Shown one piece after another: positions 1 through 10,401 of a stretch of DNA of 64,000 nucleotides; the stretch's first letter is position 1; every line of letters starts with the position of its first letter. The translations under genes and the position numbers were made by a program. The DNA comes from an uncultured delta proteobacterium (GTDB taxonomy: Bacteria > Desulfobacterota > Binatia > UBA9968), in assembly GCA_963804165.1 (NCBI GenBank), contig CAWDPO010000017.1, positions 288,001-352,000 of the forward strand, written 5' to 3'. The notes beneath the pieces are model-generated. The model was not told where the DNA came from. It searched no databases and was given only the letters and a program-made list of their open reading frames with translations.

Positions 1-19
1 GCGGAGTTTTTTAGAATTC

Positions 20-95
20 CGTCATTCCCGTGAAAATGGAAATCCAGGGTTCTCTTGACTTGCCTGGACTCCCTCCGGCTTCTGCGGCAATGACG
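20..95. repeat. REP-like palindromic element (GTCATTCCCG...GAAATCCA...TGGA...AATGAC)
   Basis: Terminal inverted repeat cgtcatt/aatgacg; related copy at 17518-17591. Confidence 0.6.
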
Positions 96-164
96 ACCTT
101 TCTTTTGGATCCAACCTTTACCGGCGCGTAGATCACGAACCAACGAGTGCAATTGCGAATACCC

Positions 165-944
165 ATGCGACTTGTAATCGCTATTACCATCCTGGTGCAG
201 CTGCACATGGACGCACCGTCTTGGGCGCAGAACAAAGTGCGTCTCAACTGGGGCGCCATCAGCGGCGTGATGAGTCCCATCTGGGTCGCGCAGGAAGAGG
301 GACTGTTCAAGAAACACGGACTCGACATCGAATTGATCCATATCGCTTCCACTTCCAAGGCAATCCAATCGATGGTGTCCGGTGAGATTCAATTTACCAC
401 GGCGGACGCGCTCAACAGCATCCAAGCGGTGGCCGCGGGCGCCGATGTTGTGATGGTTTGTGAGGGCGTCAATCGATTTGTTTTCTCGATCATGGCTCGC
501 GCCGATCTTAAACGAGTCGCGGATCTCAAGGGGAAAAAGATCGGTATTACCCGTCTCGGCTCGTCGACACACACCGCGGTGCTTTACGTCGTCAACAAAG
601 CAGGTCTCGGCGGCAACGATTACACGCTGCTGCAACTCGGCGAGGTGCCGAATATCCTTACCACGATGTTGGCGGCACAGATCGACGCCGGTGCGCTTTC
701 GCCACCGACCAATAGCCGGGCGAAAAAAGCGGGACTGTACGAGCTGGTCAATCTTGGCGTGGACGGGCCCGAGTATCCCTCAACCGTGATCGCGAGCACG
801 CGCGCTTACGTGAAAGCCAATCCGGACATCACACGACGCATGGTCCGGGCAACGGTTCCACCCGCATCGATTCGCACGGTTGAAATCCGGCGGCAGAGTT
901 CAAATTCGCAAATTGTAAAACCTGCGTGCGTTTTCACCGAGTAA
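165..944 (+). pseudogene. ABC transporter substrate-binding protein (NMT1/SsuA type), C-terminally truncated
   Basis: Signal peptide ending AQ, GLFKKHGLDIEL and LKGKKIGITRLGSST motifs. Homology to paralogs (7262, 10402) stops after RRMVRA (~850) and the ORF runs into the convergent gene. Confidence 0.75.
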
Positions 945-2054
945 GTCGGCTTTTTCGGCGGCGGTCAGGGCTTCGGATCCCTTGATCGTTTGCACGCGAT
1001 CCCAATCCATATCGCTGTGGGGGTAATCGCTGGCGTACATGAATCCTTTACTGCCGAGCTGATCGATGATCGAGCGCAGGTTCTCGTCGCCTTCAAAGCC
1101 GCTCAAGATTCTGCCTTCTAGAATATCTTCGCCGGGCTCGTGGACTGTGGCGGCCAACTCGTAGGGCTCTCTTCCCCAGTCGCTCTCTTTGCGGCCGGCG
1201 CGCGGTTCAAGGACATGCTCGATGTGTTTCCCCACCCACCAATTCCAGTAAGGCAGCCAACTGGCGCCGATCTCCAAGAAAGCGCAGCGCAAACGAGGCA
1301 GCGTCTTCAGCAGCCCCGTTTGGACCAGCGACATCATCGCCACCATCATTGAAAACGGCATCGCGGTAACGTGCGTCGAGAAAAAATCGGTGAAGCAGTC
1401 TGCCCAGGGCGTGTAGTGCATGCCGGTGACAGCGTGAAATCCGACGGGAGCGTCGAGGTCGTTCATGGTCTCGAAGAAGGGAACGAACTCCTTGGCGTGA
1501 AGAGGAGTGTTTCCTACCATGCCGGGAATGACGACTCCGTTGAGGCCGAGTTTTTTCACTGCGCGCCGAGCTTCATCGACCGCGGCGGGAGGATCCTGAA
1601 TCGGCACCAGAGCGACTCCGCCCAGGCGTTTCGGGGCTTTGGCGCATTGCTCGGCGATATAATTGTTGTAGGCGCGGCACACGGCGGCGGCCAACTCTTT
1701 GTTTTCGAGATCGAACACCCAAACCAGCGCCGTCGGATAAACGATCTGGAAATCGATTTCCATCCGATCCATGTCCTGCAGGCGGCCCTCGATGTCGTCG
1801 AGAGAATTATCTTTAGCTTTCATCTCCGCATGGCGCGGCGTCTGATAGCGAAAGCCGCCGCCGCCGACGCCTTTGGTAAAAGGCAGACGCGGCACGAGCC
1901 GTCCCTCGACCAGCCAACGTCCGGTATCTCTCGGCTCATCGCGCAGATCGACAATACGGGGACGCGCCGAATAGAATTCTTTTTCCATGTAGCGATCGAA
2001 GAGATCGAAAGGCTCATGTAGGTGTCCGTCCGAATCGATGACTTGCACAGGCAT
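900..2054 (-). CDS. Amidohydrolase family 2 protein (metal-dependent hydrolase/decarboxylase)
   Basis: IDSDGH, LEIG and ASDYPHSD motifs, C-terminal GENARRFY; AGGAGGAG RBS. Confidence 0.9.
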   Translation of the reverse strand: MPVQVIDSDGHLHEPFDLFDRYMEKEFYSARPRIVDLRDEPRDTGRWLVEGRLVPRLPFTKGVGGGGFRYQTPRHAEMKAKDNSLDDIEGRLQDMDRMEIDFQIVYPTALVWVFDLENKELAAAVCRAYNNYIAEQCAKAPKRLGGVALVPIQDPPAAVDEARRAVKKLGLNGVVIPGMVGNTPLHAKEFVPFFETMNDLDAPVGFHAVTGMHYTPWADCFTDFFSTHVTAMPFSMMVAMMSLVQTGLLKTLPRLRCAFLEIGASWLPYWNWWVGKHIEHVLEPRAGRKESDWGREPYELAATVHEPGEDILEGRILSGFEGDENLRSIIDQLGSKGFMYASDYPHSDMDWDRVQTIKGSEALTAAEKADLLGENARRFYNLRI

Positions 2055-2553
2055 CTCCTCCTTTGGTCTACTTCCAGGCCTTAGCGGATGGCACAGTCTT
2101 TTTCAAGATAAGTGCTATTCAATATCTTCCTACGTCTAGCGTTTAATGCTGCCAACCGAGACACCGTGCAAATTTCATCTTGAAGGCAGGACCCAATTGA
2201 ACTAATTTGCGGCGGTTGCCGTCTACTCTGTGGAGAGGAGATGAAGAATGGCACGAAAGCTTGGGTCATAACTGGAGCGGTGATTACGCTGTTGGCACCA
2301 CCGGCGCGTGGATCGAGTCGATGATCAAAGGCGAAACCTAGTCGGTACCATTCCTCCGAATCGATGCCTTGCATAGGCATCTCCTCCTGGAATTGATCTT
2401 CAGTTTGTTCTGGATGGCCTACTGTGTTTTGGGAAATACGTGGAGTCCGGCGCCGGGTCGTTCACGTGTGATCATTGGCACGATTGGATCAGTTGTGTTT
2501 ATCTTCATGGTATACGGTATCAGGATTCCGTCATCTGGCATGTGTTAGAATAA

Positions 2554-3459
2554 ATGACGAGCATGGATCGTATGAGTGACGCTAACTTTTATCAGATTCT
2601 CGGCGTGGGACCGTCTGCGAGCGCCCGAGAAATCAAATCAGCATATAGAAAACTCGTCAAACAATATCACCCGGATCTGTTTCCCGCAGCGGCCGCGAAA
2701 GCGGAAGCGACCGAGAAGTTACGCCAAGTCAACGAGGCCTATGCGGTCCTTGGGAATCCCAAGCGGCGTCGTGATTATGATCAAAGGCTTTTTCAAACGC
2801 CAAAAGAGCGCGTTCGAGCTCCCGCCGCGGCCGAGCGCCGTGAAACGCAGCGTCCTCGCCGTTATGGCAGTGTTCGAAGCAAGACAGAAAAAATCAAAAC
2901 TCTGAAGGAGCGCCTGCACTTTTCGAAAAAGCAGGTGGCATATGCTCTGGTGGCGGCGCTCGTGGTGTTGATCGTTGTGTATGCGAATCGAAGCGTGCCG
3001 AGACTGATCGTCACATATACCTTGGTCGAGAAGGTTGAGGTTTCACCACCGAAGGGACCTCCTCCGTTAGATGAAACCAACCAGGGCTGGGTCACCATAG
3101 GCCAGTACGCTACTGTCGCAGAATGTGCTGGGATGGTGAAAGAGAAAGTCCGAAAGGATGAACAAGAGGGAAGCCGAGCTGCCTTTGGCCAGGCGAACGG
3201 CACCATGGCCATAACGGTCCTTATAAAGACGGAAACAGCGAAGAAGCTGGAGAAATCTTATGCTGCTGACAGTCCGGAGCGATCCGCTGCGAACGAAAGC
3301 CCCTCGCAGCCAGAACAAAGGCTAACCAAAGACGGACCGGAATCTCCCGAGAACGGTATGACTAAACGGGTAAGAAACCTCGAGTGCCGGGCGGTGCAAC
3401 GGGTAGTGCATGAGTCGTGGTTCCAAAAAGCGTGGCGAGGAGTGACGTCGCCGTCTTAA
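2554..3459 (+). CDS. Membrane-anchored DnaJ-domain protein
   Basis: N-terminal J domain (FYQILGV...YRKL...YHPD...NEAYAVL) followed by one TM helix and an unrecognised C-terminal region. Confidence 0.85.
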   Translation: MTSMDRMSDANFYQILGVGPSASAREIKSAYRKLVKQYHPDLFPAAAAKAEATEKLRQVNEAYAVLGNPKRRRDYDQRLFQTPKERVRAPAAAERRETQRPRRYGSVRSKTEKIKTLKERLHFSKKQVAYALVAALVVLIVVYANRSVPRLIVTYTLVEKVEVSPPKGPPPLDETNQGWVTIGQYATVAECAGMVKEKVRKDEQEGSRAAFGQANGTMAITVLIKTETAKKLEKSYAADSPERSAANESPSQPEQRLTKDGPESPENGMTKRVRNLECRAVQRVVHESWFQKAWRGVTSPS

Positions 3460-3567
3460 GGGCAAAAATGGATTTTCCACACTGGAAAATCTACACGGCT
3501 CACACCTGTCGGATTTTCCCGGGACCTCATCGGGCTACATGGATCGTTGCCGCCCGGACGCCCCTGC

Positions 3568-4689
3568 TCATTCCCCAAACCCATACAGCCGCGCGCAGTT
3601 ATCCCAGAGGTATTTCCTTTTCGTTTGATCGCTGAACGGCAGCTTGAGAAAAGTCTCCACCGCATGTGGAAACTTGACGTCGAGGTGCGGGTAGTCGGTC
3701 GAGAAAACGATGTTGTCTTCCAAGCCGAAGTCGGGGATATTCTTCGCGACTATTTCGTCGCACTCCACAGCGCCCCAGCACTGGCGTTGAAAATATTCCA
3801 GCGGCTCTAGTTTCATTTCCGGATGTTCGGCGGCGCCAGTGAGCTCAGCGTACTCGCCCATTCTCCATAAAAGCCAGGGGAGCCAGGCGCAGTTGCCTTC
3901 TAAGAATGCTACTTTCAATTTCGGGAAGCGCTCCATTACGCCGCCGTAGATCATGTCGGCGCAGGCGAACATGTTTGCCATGGGAAACGACAGCGTGTTG
4001 AACATCGCGAAGCTCGGAATGAATTCGGACAGCGCGGGCTGAGGCAAGAAAACTCGACCGGCTTCGTGGAAGCCGACGGGAATATCGAGTTTCTGACATT
4101 CCTCCCACAGCGGATTGTAATAAGGATCGCTCCACATCCTACCGTTGACGTGGTTGGGGCGCATTAGGATGCTCCGAAAACCCAGCTCCTTGACCACGCG
4201 GCGCGTCTCCTCGACTGCCGACGACACGTCATGAGGCGCGACGATGCCGGCGCCGTACATGCGATTGGTCGCAACCTTGCAGAAATCATGCATCCAGTCG
4301 TTGTAGGCTTTGGCGATGGCAGCGGCCAATTCCGGATCGAGCCCGTCGACGGCGAGCACGAACAAGCCGCGGCTCGGATAGAGAATCGCCACGTCGAGAC
4401 CTTCCTTGTCCATGGCGCGCACCTGCGCCACGTTGTCAAAGTCGCGCGCTTCCTCCTCGGGATACTTTTCGTTGAGAATGCGTTCGCGGATCGGTCCCAG
4501 CGCAGGAATAGGTTTCGGCGTCGGCCGCGGCATGATCTTGCCGTCAACTTGGACGCCGAGATCGCGCTTGTGGCGGTTGAGACCGATGGGCGCGCGATCA
4601 AGGAATTTCTCGTCAATATACTTCTGCCACAGATTGCAGGGCTCCATCACGTGCATATCGGAGTCCATCGCTTTGAATCCGTTCTTCAT
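3568..4689 (-). CDS. Amidohydrolase family 2 protein
   Basis: MDSDMH, FLEGN, STDYPHLD and DNCARLY motifs; start placed at ATG 4689 after AAGGAG. Confidence 0.9.
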   Translation of the reverse strand: MKNGFKAMDSDMHVMEPCNLWQKYIDEKFLDRAPIGLNRHKRDLGVQVDGKIMPRPTPKPIPALGPIRERILNEKYPEEEARDFDNVAQVRAMDKEGLDVAILYPSRGLFVLAVDGLDPELAAAIAKAYNDWMHDFCKVATNRMYGAGIVAPHDVSSAVEETRRVVKELGFRSILMRPNHVNGRMWSDPYYNPLWEECQKLDIPVGFHEAGRVFLPQPALSEFIPSFAMFNTLSFPMANMFACADMIYGGVMERFPKLKVAFLEGNCAWLPWLLWRMGEYAELTGAAEHPEMKLEPLEYFQRQCWGAVECDEIVAKNIPDFGLEDNIVFSTDYPHLDVKFPHAVETFLKLPFSDQTKRKYLWDNCARLYGFGE

Positions 4690-4848
4690 TTTGGTCTCCT
4701 TAGACTCGTCAACTGGAAAACGCTTGTCATTCGCATAACAAAGGGTCGGCAAGGTGTCAATTTGGCTGCGGAGGTTATAGCTCCCCGTCGCGTCAAAGAA
4801 CCCTCACTTCGTCAGACTGTGTGGATACTATCTCGGAGCGCTTCGACG

Positions 4849-4945
4849 GCGCTCATGGCGAACGGATAAGTATTCAAGTTCTAATATAACCGCACCGTTC
4901 GTGGTGAGCCAGCCTGCCCTGAGCGAAGTCGAAGGGAACCATCAA
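4849..4945. repeat. REP-like element (CTTCGAC..GCTCA..GCGAACGG / CCGTTCGTGGTGAGC..TCGAA)
   Basis: Inverted arms cgaacgg/ccgttcg; degenerate relatives near 37857-37892 and 54309-54409. Confidence 0.55.
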
Positions 4946-4967
4946 CGGTGTTTTCACACACTCTGCC

Positions 4968-5017
4968 CTTCGAGATGACACATCCCCGACTGTCATTCCG
5001 AGCAAAGCGAGGAATCT
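4968..5017. repeat. REP-like element, TGTCAT(C/T)CTGAGC..GCGAAGGATCT family
   Basis: atgaca/tgtcat arms; shares motif with 10106, 58150, 60535 and 63151. Confidence 0.55.
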
Positions 5018-5026
5018 TTCCGGAAT

Positions 5027-5980
5027 TTACCGACCGGCTTTGTCAACGAATCTGAAATCAAAAACTTGCTCGGGCGAAATCGGCGTCTTGATATCCAAAG
5101 TCCTGCGCGTGAAGTCGAGAACGCCGTTGATCCATGCTTGGCTTGGCCGGCCTTCGTCGGCGAGCACCGTCTTGATGCCAGTCGAACATCGAGTGGCGAA
5201 GGATTCGTCGGGCATGTTTCAATTCTTTGGCGATAATTTGATCGATTCAGCGCGGTTTTGCCGATAGTAGGTGATGCCTCGCAGCGTGCTTTGACGAACG
5301 CCTGAATGTCGCTGGGGTTCTTCTTGATCAGATCGTCGGTGACGCCGAGGCCGCCGATGGGATAATGCGGCAAGTAATCGCCGGAAACGGCAAGTTTGAA
5401 AAAACCTTCCCGGGCGAGCATGAGACTTCGAGGCGGGCTGAAGATCGCCGCGGAGATCTTTCCGGCTTTGAGTCCAAGATAGAGATCTTCCTGTCTGCCG
5501 AGCGCCAAGATCGTCACGTCCTTATCGGGATTCAGCCCATTGCGTTCGAGAATCAAGCGGGTGATATGCTCGAAGGTTCCGCCGCGCGTGGTGATGGCGA
5601 CGAGTTTTCCTTTCAGCTGCTGGAATGAATGGATCTTCGGATCGGAAATCAAGTCGAAAGTCGGTTTAGTGGTGATGATCGGAAACCAATTTAACCGGAA
5701 CTCCGCGCGCTGCTGCGGCCAATATCGATCCTGAAGCGGTCGAGAAGTCGACTGAATTGTCCAGCACCGCGGGGACGCCCAAGGAGCCCGTGACGAGAAT
5801 GATTTCTACTTCCAGTCCTTCCTTTTGATAGAAACCCTTGGCCTGCGCCATTTTCAACGGAAGCGTGACGATATCGACCGTGGGAATGGCGAGGCGGACT
5901 TTTTTCAGCTGAGCGAATGCGGAGGTAGAGCCGATTGAGATGATCAAAGTTGTGAACAATACGATTCTCTTTATTAGCAT
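5027..5980 (-). CDS. ABC transporter substrate-binding protein (NMT1/SsuA type), several frameshifts
   Basis: Signal peptide AFAQ, GFYQKEGLEVE, LKGKLVAIT and QVFDFRFV split over three ORFs (5666-5980, 4993-5652, 5027-5215). Confidence 0.8.
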
Positions 5981-6064
5981 GTGATTGCTTCTAGAAGCGT
6001 CGCTGCTTCACTCATTCTCCACGAGTCTAGTTGCCCGCAGCCTGTTGTGAGGGACTTCAACGCT

Positions 6065-7234
6065 CTACGATTCACTGTTTCCCCACACATCCGCTGCTAC
6101 TTCTTGTACAAGCTCCAACTTGCGCCATTGGTCGTCTTCGGTGATCAAATTGCCAACGATGTTCGAAGAGAAACCGCATTGCGGGCTCACGGCGAGCTGA
6201 TTCAGCGCGATGTAGCGGCTGGCGTGATCGATTTTTCGTTTCAAATCATCCGCCGATTCGAGAGCCGGGACCTTGGTGCTCACTAATCCCAAAACGACAA
6301 TTTTATTCTTCGGCACGAATCGAAGCGGTTCAAAGCCGCCGGCGCGCTCGGTGTCATATTCCAGTAGGAAACGATCATGCTGGAGGCCGTTAAATAGCCG
6401 TTCGGCGATGGCGTCATAGGCCCCTTCGCGGTGCCACATGCTGCGCACGTTGCCGCGGCAGAGATGGATGCCATGGGTGACACCGGTGATGCCGGCGATT
6501 ACGGCATTGTCGGTCCTCACTGAACGCTCCATCTTGGCGATGGGATCAATTCCCGCCGCACGCATTGTTTCGAGGGAGCGTGGGTCAACATAGGCCGTGT
6601 AGCTCGGCGCGTCCATTTGCACGTAAGGACAGCCGGCGTCGGCCAACTCTTGAACTATCTGCCGTTCGACTTTGAGGACGTCGGATAAATATTCCTCTAT
6701 GTCAGCGTACACGCCATGGGAGTTCTGCCGGGCAAAATTTTCGCAGATGCGATCCGTTGCGATCAAAGTAATTTTTACGGGCTTGGTCGTCAATACCGAC
6801 GCGTAGCGCCATTCGGCCAACGGACGATTGTCGGCTAGCCGGACGCGCTCGACGATCGGCCGCCAGTATTGCAGCGCGGGGTCGGTTTTCGCCGAATCCG
6901 GCTGCCAACGTTGCAATGGCTCGCCACCCACGGTGCGACTCTCCTGAAATTGTAACGTGGGCTTTTTCGGGACAAATCCGGAGACGGTTTCGACAAAGCT
7001 ATCCTGAAAGTTTAGACGGCGGAATTCGCCGTCCGTGAGGATCGACAGGCCGTGCGTTTCTTGCTGCGCGATCAGTTCTTCGATCGACTCGTCTTGAATC
7101 TGCCACAACTCCTCATCACCGGCTTCGCCCTTGCCATGCCGCGTATAAAGCTCTTTTAGCTTCTGCGGCCTAAGCAGACTGCCAACTTGGTCGACGCGCA
7201 AGTTGGCCACGGACGTTGGTGATGGGTTCGACAT
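6065..7234 (-). CDS. Cobalamin-independent methionine synthase II-like protein (single-barrel MetE/YxjH family)
   Basis: DQVGSLLRP, TDGEFRR, Zn-ligand motifs HLCRGN, LEYD and SPQCGF. Confidence 0.88.
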   Translation of the reverse strand: MSNPSPTSVANLRVDQVGSLLRPQKLKELYTRHGKGEAGDEELWQIQDESIEELIAQQETHGLSILTDGEFRRLNFQDSFVETVSGFVPKKPTLQFQESRTVGGEPLQRWQPDSAKTDPALQYWRPIVERVRLADNRPLAEWRYASVLTTKPVKITLIATDRICENFARQNSHGVYADIEEYLSDVLKVERQIVQELADAGCPYVQMDAPSYTAYVDPRSLETMRAAGIDPIAKMERSVRTDNAVIAGITGVTHGIHLCRGNVRSMWHREGAYDAIAERLFNGLQHDRFLLEYDTERAGGFEPLRFVPKNKIVVLGLVSTKVPALESADDLKRKIDHASRYIALNQLAVSPQCGFSSNIVGNLITEDDQWRKLELVQEVAADVWGNSES

Positions 7235-7261
7235 CGAATTGGGATTCGGATCTTGTTTAGT

Positions 7262-8260
7262 TCATCTCCACAACTCTGCCAACCAACCCGAGCGCTTGAT
7301 CTCAGCGATATAGCTATTGTCGTAGTAGACGCTCAAGGGTGTGCTGCCTGCGAGCTTCGCGTCGACGAGATTGAATTGCGCCGATTGTTGCACGATCGGT
7401 TGAATCGACCCCGGCGTTACCGTGGGATCTTTGATGAAAACATCGATCGCAAACTTGTGGGTTTGATCCAATATTTCGGCGTCGGTTTGGCGCGTGTATT
7501 TCGCCAGCACCGCTTTCGCGTGTTTCTCGTTGACAAAGATCTGTTTGATTCCTTCCATCGTCGCCTTGATCATACCGACGACGACTTCGCGATTCCTTAC
7601 GGCGTAGGATTTGCGCGCGACCAGGCCTTGAATCAAGAATTCGACGCCGGCTTTTTTGAAATCCTTGGGGCTCACCAGCTCGCGATAACCGTCCTTCATC
7701 AGGCGAAAGGTGAACGGCGCGGAGGTGATGATGCCGTCGACCAAACCTTGCGAAAGGCTCGTGATCGCCTGGGTCGTCGTGCCGGTTTGAACGATGTTGA
7801 TGCCCTGGACGTTGTGCAGTTTTACGATCGCCTGGAGCGTGAAGTGGGGAATCGCTCCCAACCGGCTGATGCCGATTCTTTTGCCAACTAAGTCCGCGGG
7901 TGTTCGGATTTCCGGTTTAACGATTAGAGATTGAATCGCATAAGGCACCGTCGTAGCTACCTGAACGACGTCACCGCCTTGTAAAACGTTGGAAACGAGA
8001 GGAGGCCCGCCGCCTGCGCCGACGCCCGCTTGTCCGCCCAGCATCGCCTGGATGATCACCGGTGACGCACCGACATAAATCATGTCCACGTCGAGGCCGT
8101 ATCTTTCGTAAAAACGGGACTCCTTAGCGACCCACCAGGGCAGGCTGGCAGCGCTGATCGGTGTGAACGGAAAGGAGACCTTAGTTGCGGCATGAGCAGA
8201 CGATGCGATGGCGCCGATCATCAGCGTGGCCAGCAGAAAGTTTTCAATTATTCTCTTCAC
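7262..8260 (-). CDS. ABC transporter substrate-binding protein (NMT1/SsuA type)
   Basis: Signal peptide AHA, FYERYGLDVD, DLVGKRIGISRLG. Confidence 0.88.
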   Translation of the reverse strand: MKRIIENFLLATLMIGAIASSAHAATKVSFPFTPISAASLPWWVAKESRFYERYGLDVDMIYVGASPVIIQAMLGGQAGVGAGGGPPLVSNVLQGGDVVQVATTVPYAIQSLIVKPEIRTPADLVGKRIGISRLGAIPHFTLQAIVKLHNVQGINIVQTGTTTQAITSLSQGLVDGIITSAPFTFRLMKDGYRELVSPKDFKKAGVEFLIQGLVARKSYAVRNREVVVGMIKATMEGIKQIFVNEKHAKAVLAKYTRQTDAEILDQTHKFAIDVFIKDPTVTPGSIQPIVQQSAQFNLVDAKLAGSTPLSVYYDNSYIAEIKRSGWLAELWR

Positions 8261-8338
8261 AAGATTTGCTCTCTCTAAGCGACTTTGGATACCTCGACCA
8301 GTTCAGTTCATGTTAGCGAAACCCATGGCTTGGCGATT

Positions 8339-8374
8339 CCTTCTCCCTTGACGGGGGAAGGCTAGGATAGGGGT
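8339..8374. repeat. REP-like element, CCCTCTCCC...GGGAGAGG family (degenerate)
   Basis: ccttctccc-ttgac-gggggaagg hairpin; relatives at 24242 and 50647. Confidence 0.5.
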
Positions 8375-8385
8375 GCTGCGTGGTC

Positions 8386-10020
8386 TCACGCCGCTCCTCG
8401 CACTTTGTCGATGACCTCAACTGTGTTTCCTGGCATCGCATCGCCGCGCCAGGCGACGTGACCGTCGGGGCGAACGAGTACGAATGGGAGTTCGTATGTT
8501 TCGCGCACTTTCGGTTCGTCGAGCGCGACAACTTCAAACGGCATGCCGACTCCTCGCGCGGCTTCCGTGATCGTGCTCGTGTTCGTGGTTTTGGCCGACA
8601 AGTTCAGTAACGTGAACCCCTTGCCGAACAAGTCCAGCGTCGATCGGCCGTCTTTCAGCCAGACATGGGGCGCGCGCACCCCGGGCCAGGTGGACGGCAC
8701 GTACAGCCCATGATCGAGCTCCGGCGCCGGTGTGCCGTCGGCAACGCAGATCGGTGAGTTCTCGTAGCGATAGCCGAGCTCGATGCCGGCGGAGTCGTGC
8801 TGAAATTCTTTGGCGCGCGTGCGCAGGATCGCGGCGCGGGCCTTTTCGCGGAGCTGTTTGCCTTCTTCGCTATCTTCCTCGATCTGGGCGGAGAAGGGAG
8901 TTTGGTTGTCGTAGCTGGCGCGCATCTCGGCAGCTTCGTTGACATTGATCATGGCGATGGGCTTGCGTTCCGCCGTGTAGCTGTCGATCAAACGCGCGCC
9001 GCCCCAACCTTGCAGCATCGCCGCCAACTTCCAGCCGATATCGATGGCATCGCCGACTCCGGTGTTCATGCCGAAGCCGCCGGTCGGCCAGTTGAGATGG
9101 GCGGCGTCGCCGGCGAGAAAGACACGTCCCTCCTGATATTTCTCGGCGACAACGCAGTGTCCGGTCCACGGGCGGCACATCGAGCAACTCAAATGGAATA
9201 TTTTGGCCCAATGCATGGCGCAGTTTTTCCGGAGCGTTCAAGTCATCGATCTGTTCTTGTTTGACGTTGCGAATGTTTAGACGCCAAAGCTCCTTGCCGT
9301 CCACGGCGGCGATGGAGCCGTTAATATCCGCGTTAATGATTTGGTACATGACGGCCGGGCCATAGCTGATCGATTTGAGAAACGATGAGCGAAACAAAAC
9401 CGCGACATTCATGCCTTGAGAGAAAATGCCTTGATACGGAATGCCGAGCGCGCGCCGGACATTGCTCTTGCCTCCGTCGCAACCAACGAGATAGTCCGCT
9501 GTCGATGGTTTCATCGTTGCCGTTCTTTGCATCGACGATCTTGCAAGTTACTTTTTGCCCGTCATGCTGAAACGATTCCAAAGAATTTGTTGTAACGAAG
9601 TTCAACAGTCGCAAGCGTGTCGACATGCTTGTGCAGCACGGGATCGAAGTATGGCTTTGAAATCCAAAGCCGGCCTTCGGGACTGTAGGGCGAGCGTGAA
9701 TTCGGATCGCCGTTGGCCGGATGGTCGAAGCGCGCGATCTCGTGGCCGGTCATGCGCGTGACAAAAAGATAATTGCGTGGATAGTCGTCGGGATAGCCCG
9801 AGTCGAAGCGCATCCGGTCGGCGATTCCCCAGCGGCGGAGGTGCTCGCAGGTGCGCGTGTTGGCGAGATTGGTCGTCGGAAAATCCACACTGCCGTCGGT
9901 CTGTTCGACGACCAGACACCGGATGTTTCGGTAGGCAAGCTCGATGGCCAATGCCAATCCAACCGGACCGGCGCCGGCGATGAGGACGGCAACATGTGTC
10001 GGGGCAGTTGCTTCAGCCAT
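8386..10020 (-). CDS. FAD-dependent monooxygenase (PheA/TfdB-like aromatic hydroxylase), frameshifted
   Basis: GAGPVG Rossmann motif, LVGCDGG, FLAGDAAH..PTGGFGMNTG and VLVRPDGHVAWR split over three ORFs. Confidence 0.85.
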
Positions 10021-10105
10021 GGCTCATTTCACTGTGATCAACTGCTCTGAATGAAGTTTCTTCGCAAGCGATCGTCTCGTCACCATCTTGAATCTTATTG
10101 TTTTA

Positions 10106-10213
10106 GTCATCCTGAGCTCCAGCGAATGATCTGCTTTTTCCGAACGCCTATAACCTGGCTTGTCCCAAAAGTATAAAAGCAGATCGTTCGTCACTGCGTT
10201 CCTCAGGATGACA
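10106..10213. repeat. REP-like element, GTCATCCTGAG...CTCAGGATGAC family
   Basis: 11-bp perfect terminal inverted repeat gtcatcctgag/ctcaggatgac in the divergent intergenic region. Confidence 0.7.
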
Positions 10214-10401
10214 TTCAAATTGCTGTGCGAGGTAGTAGCGCGTAGCTTCATGCACCTGATTGTAATTGGGCACCTGAATCGCTGCATCCCACGTTGATTC
10301 TCCCCGGCAAGTAAACACGTAGAGAATGTGGCTGTCAATATAAAGAAGCGACGGCTGCTTGACGCCATAATATCGTTGGCATATGGAGAGCGTACGCTGC
10401 A

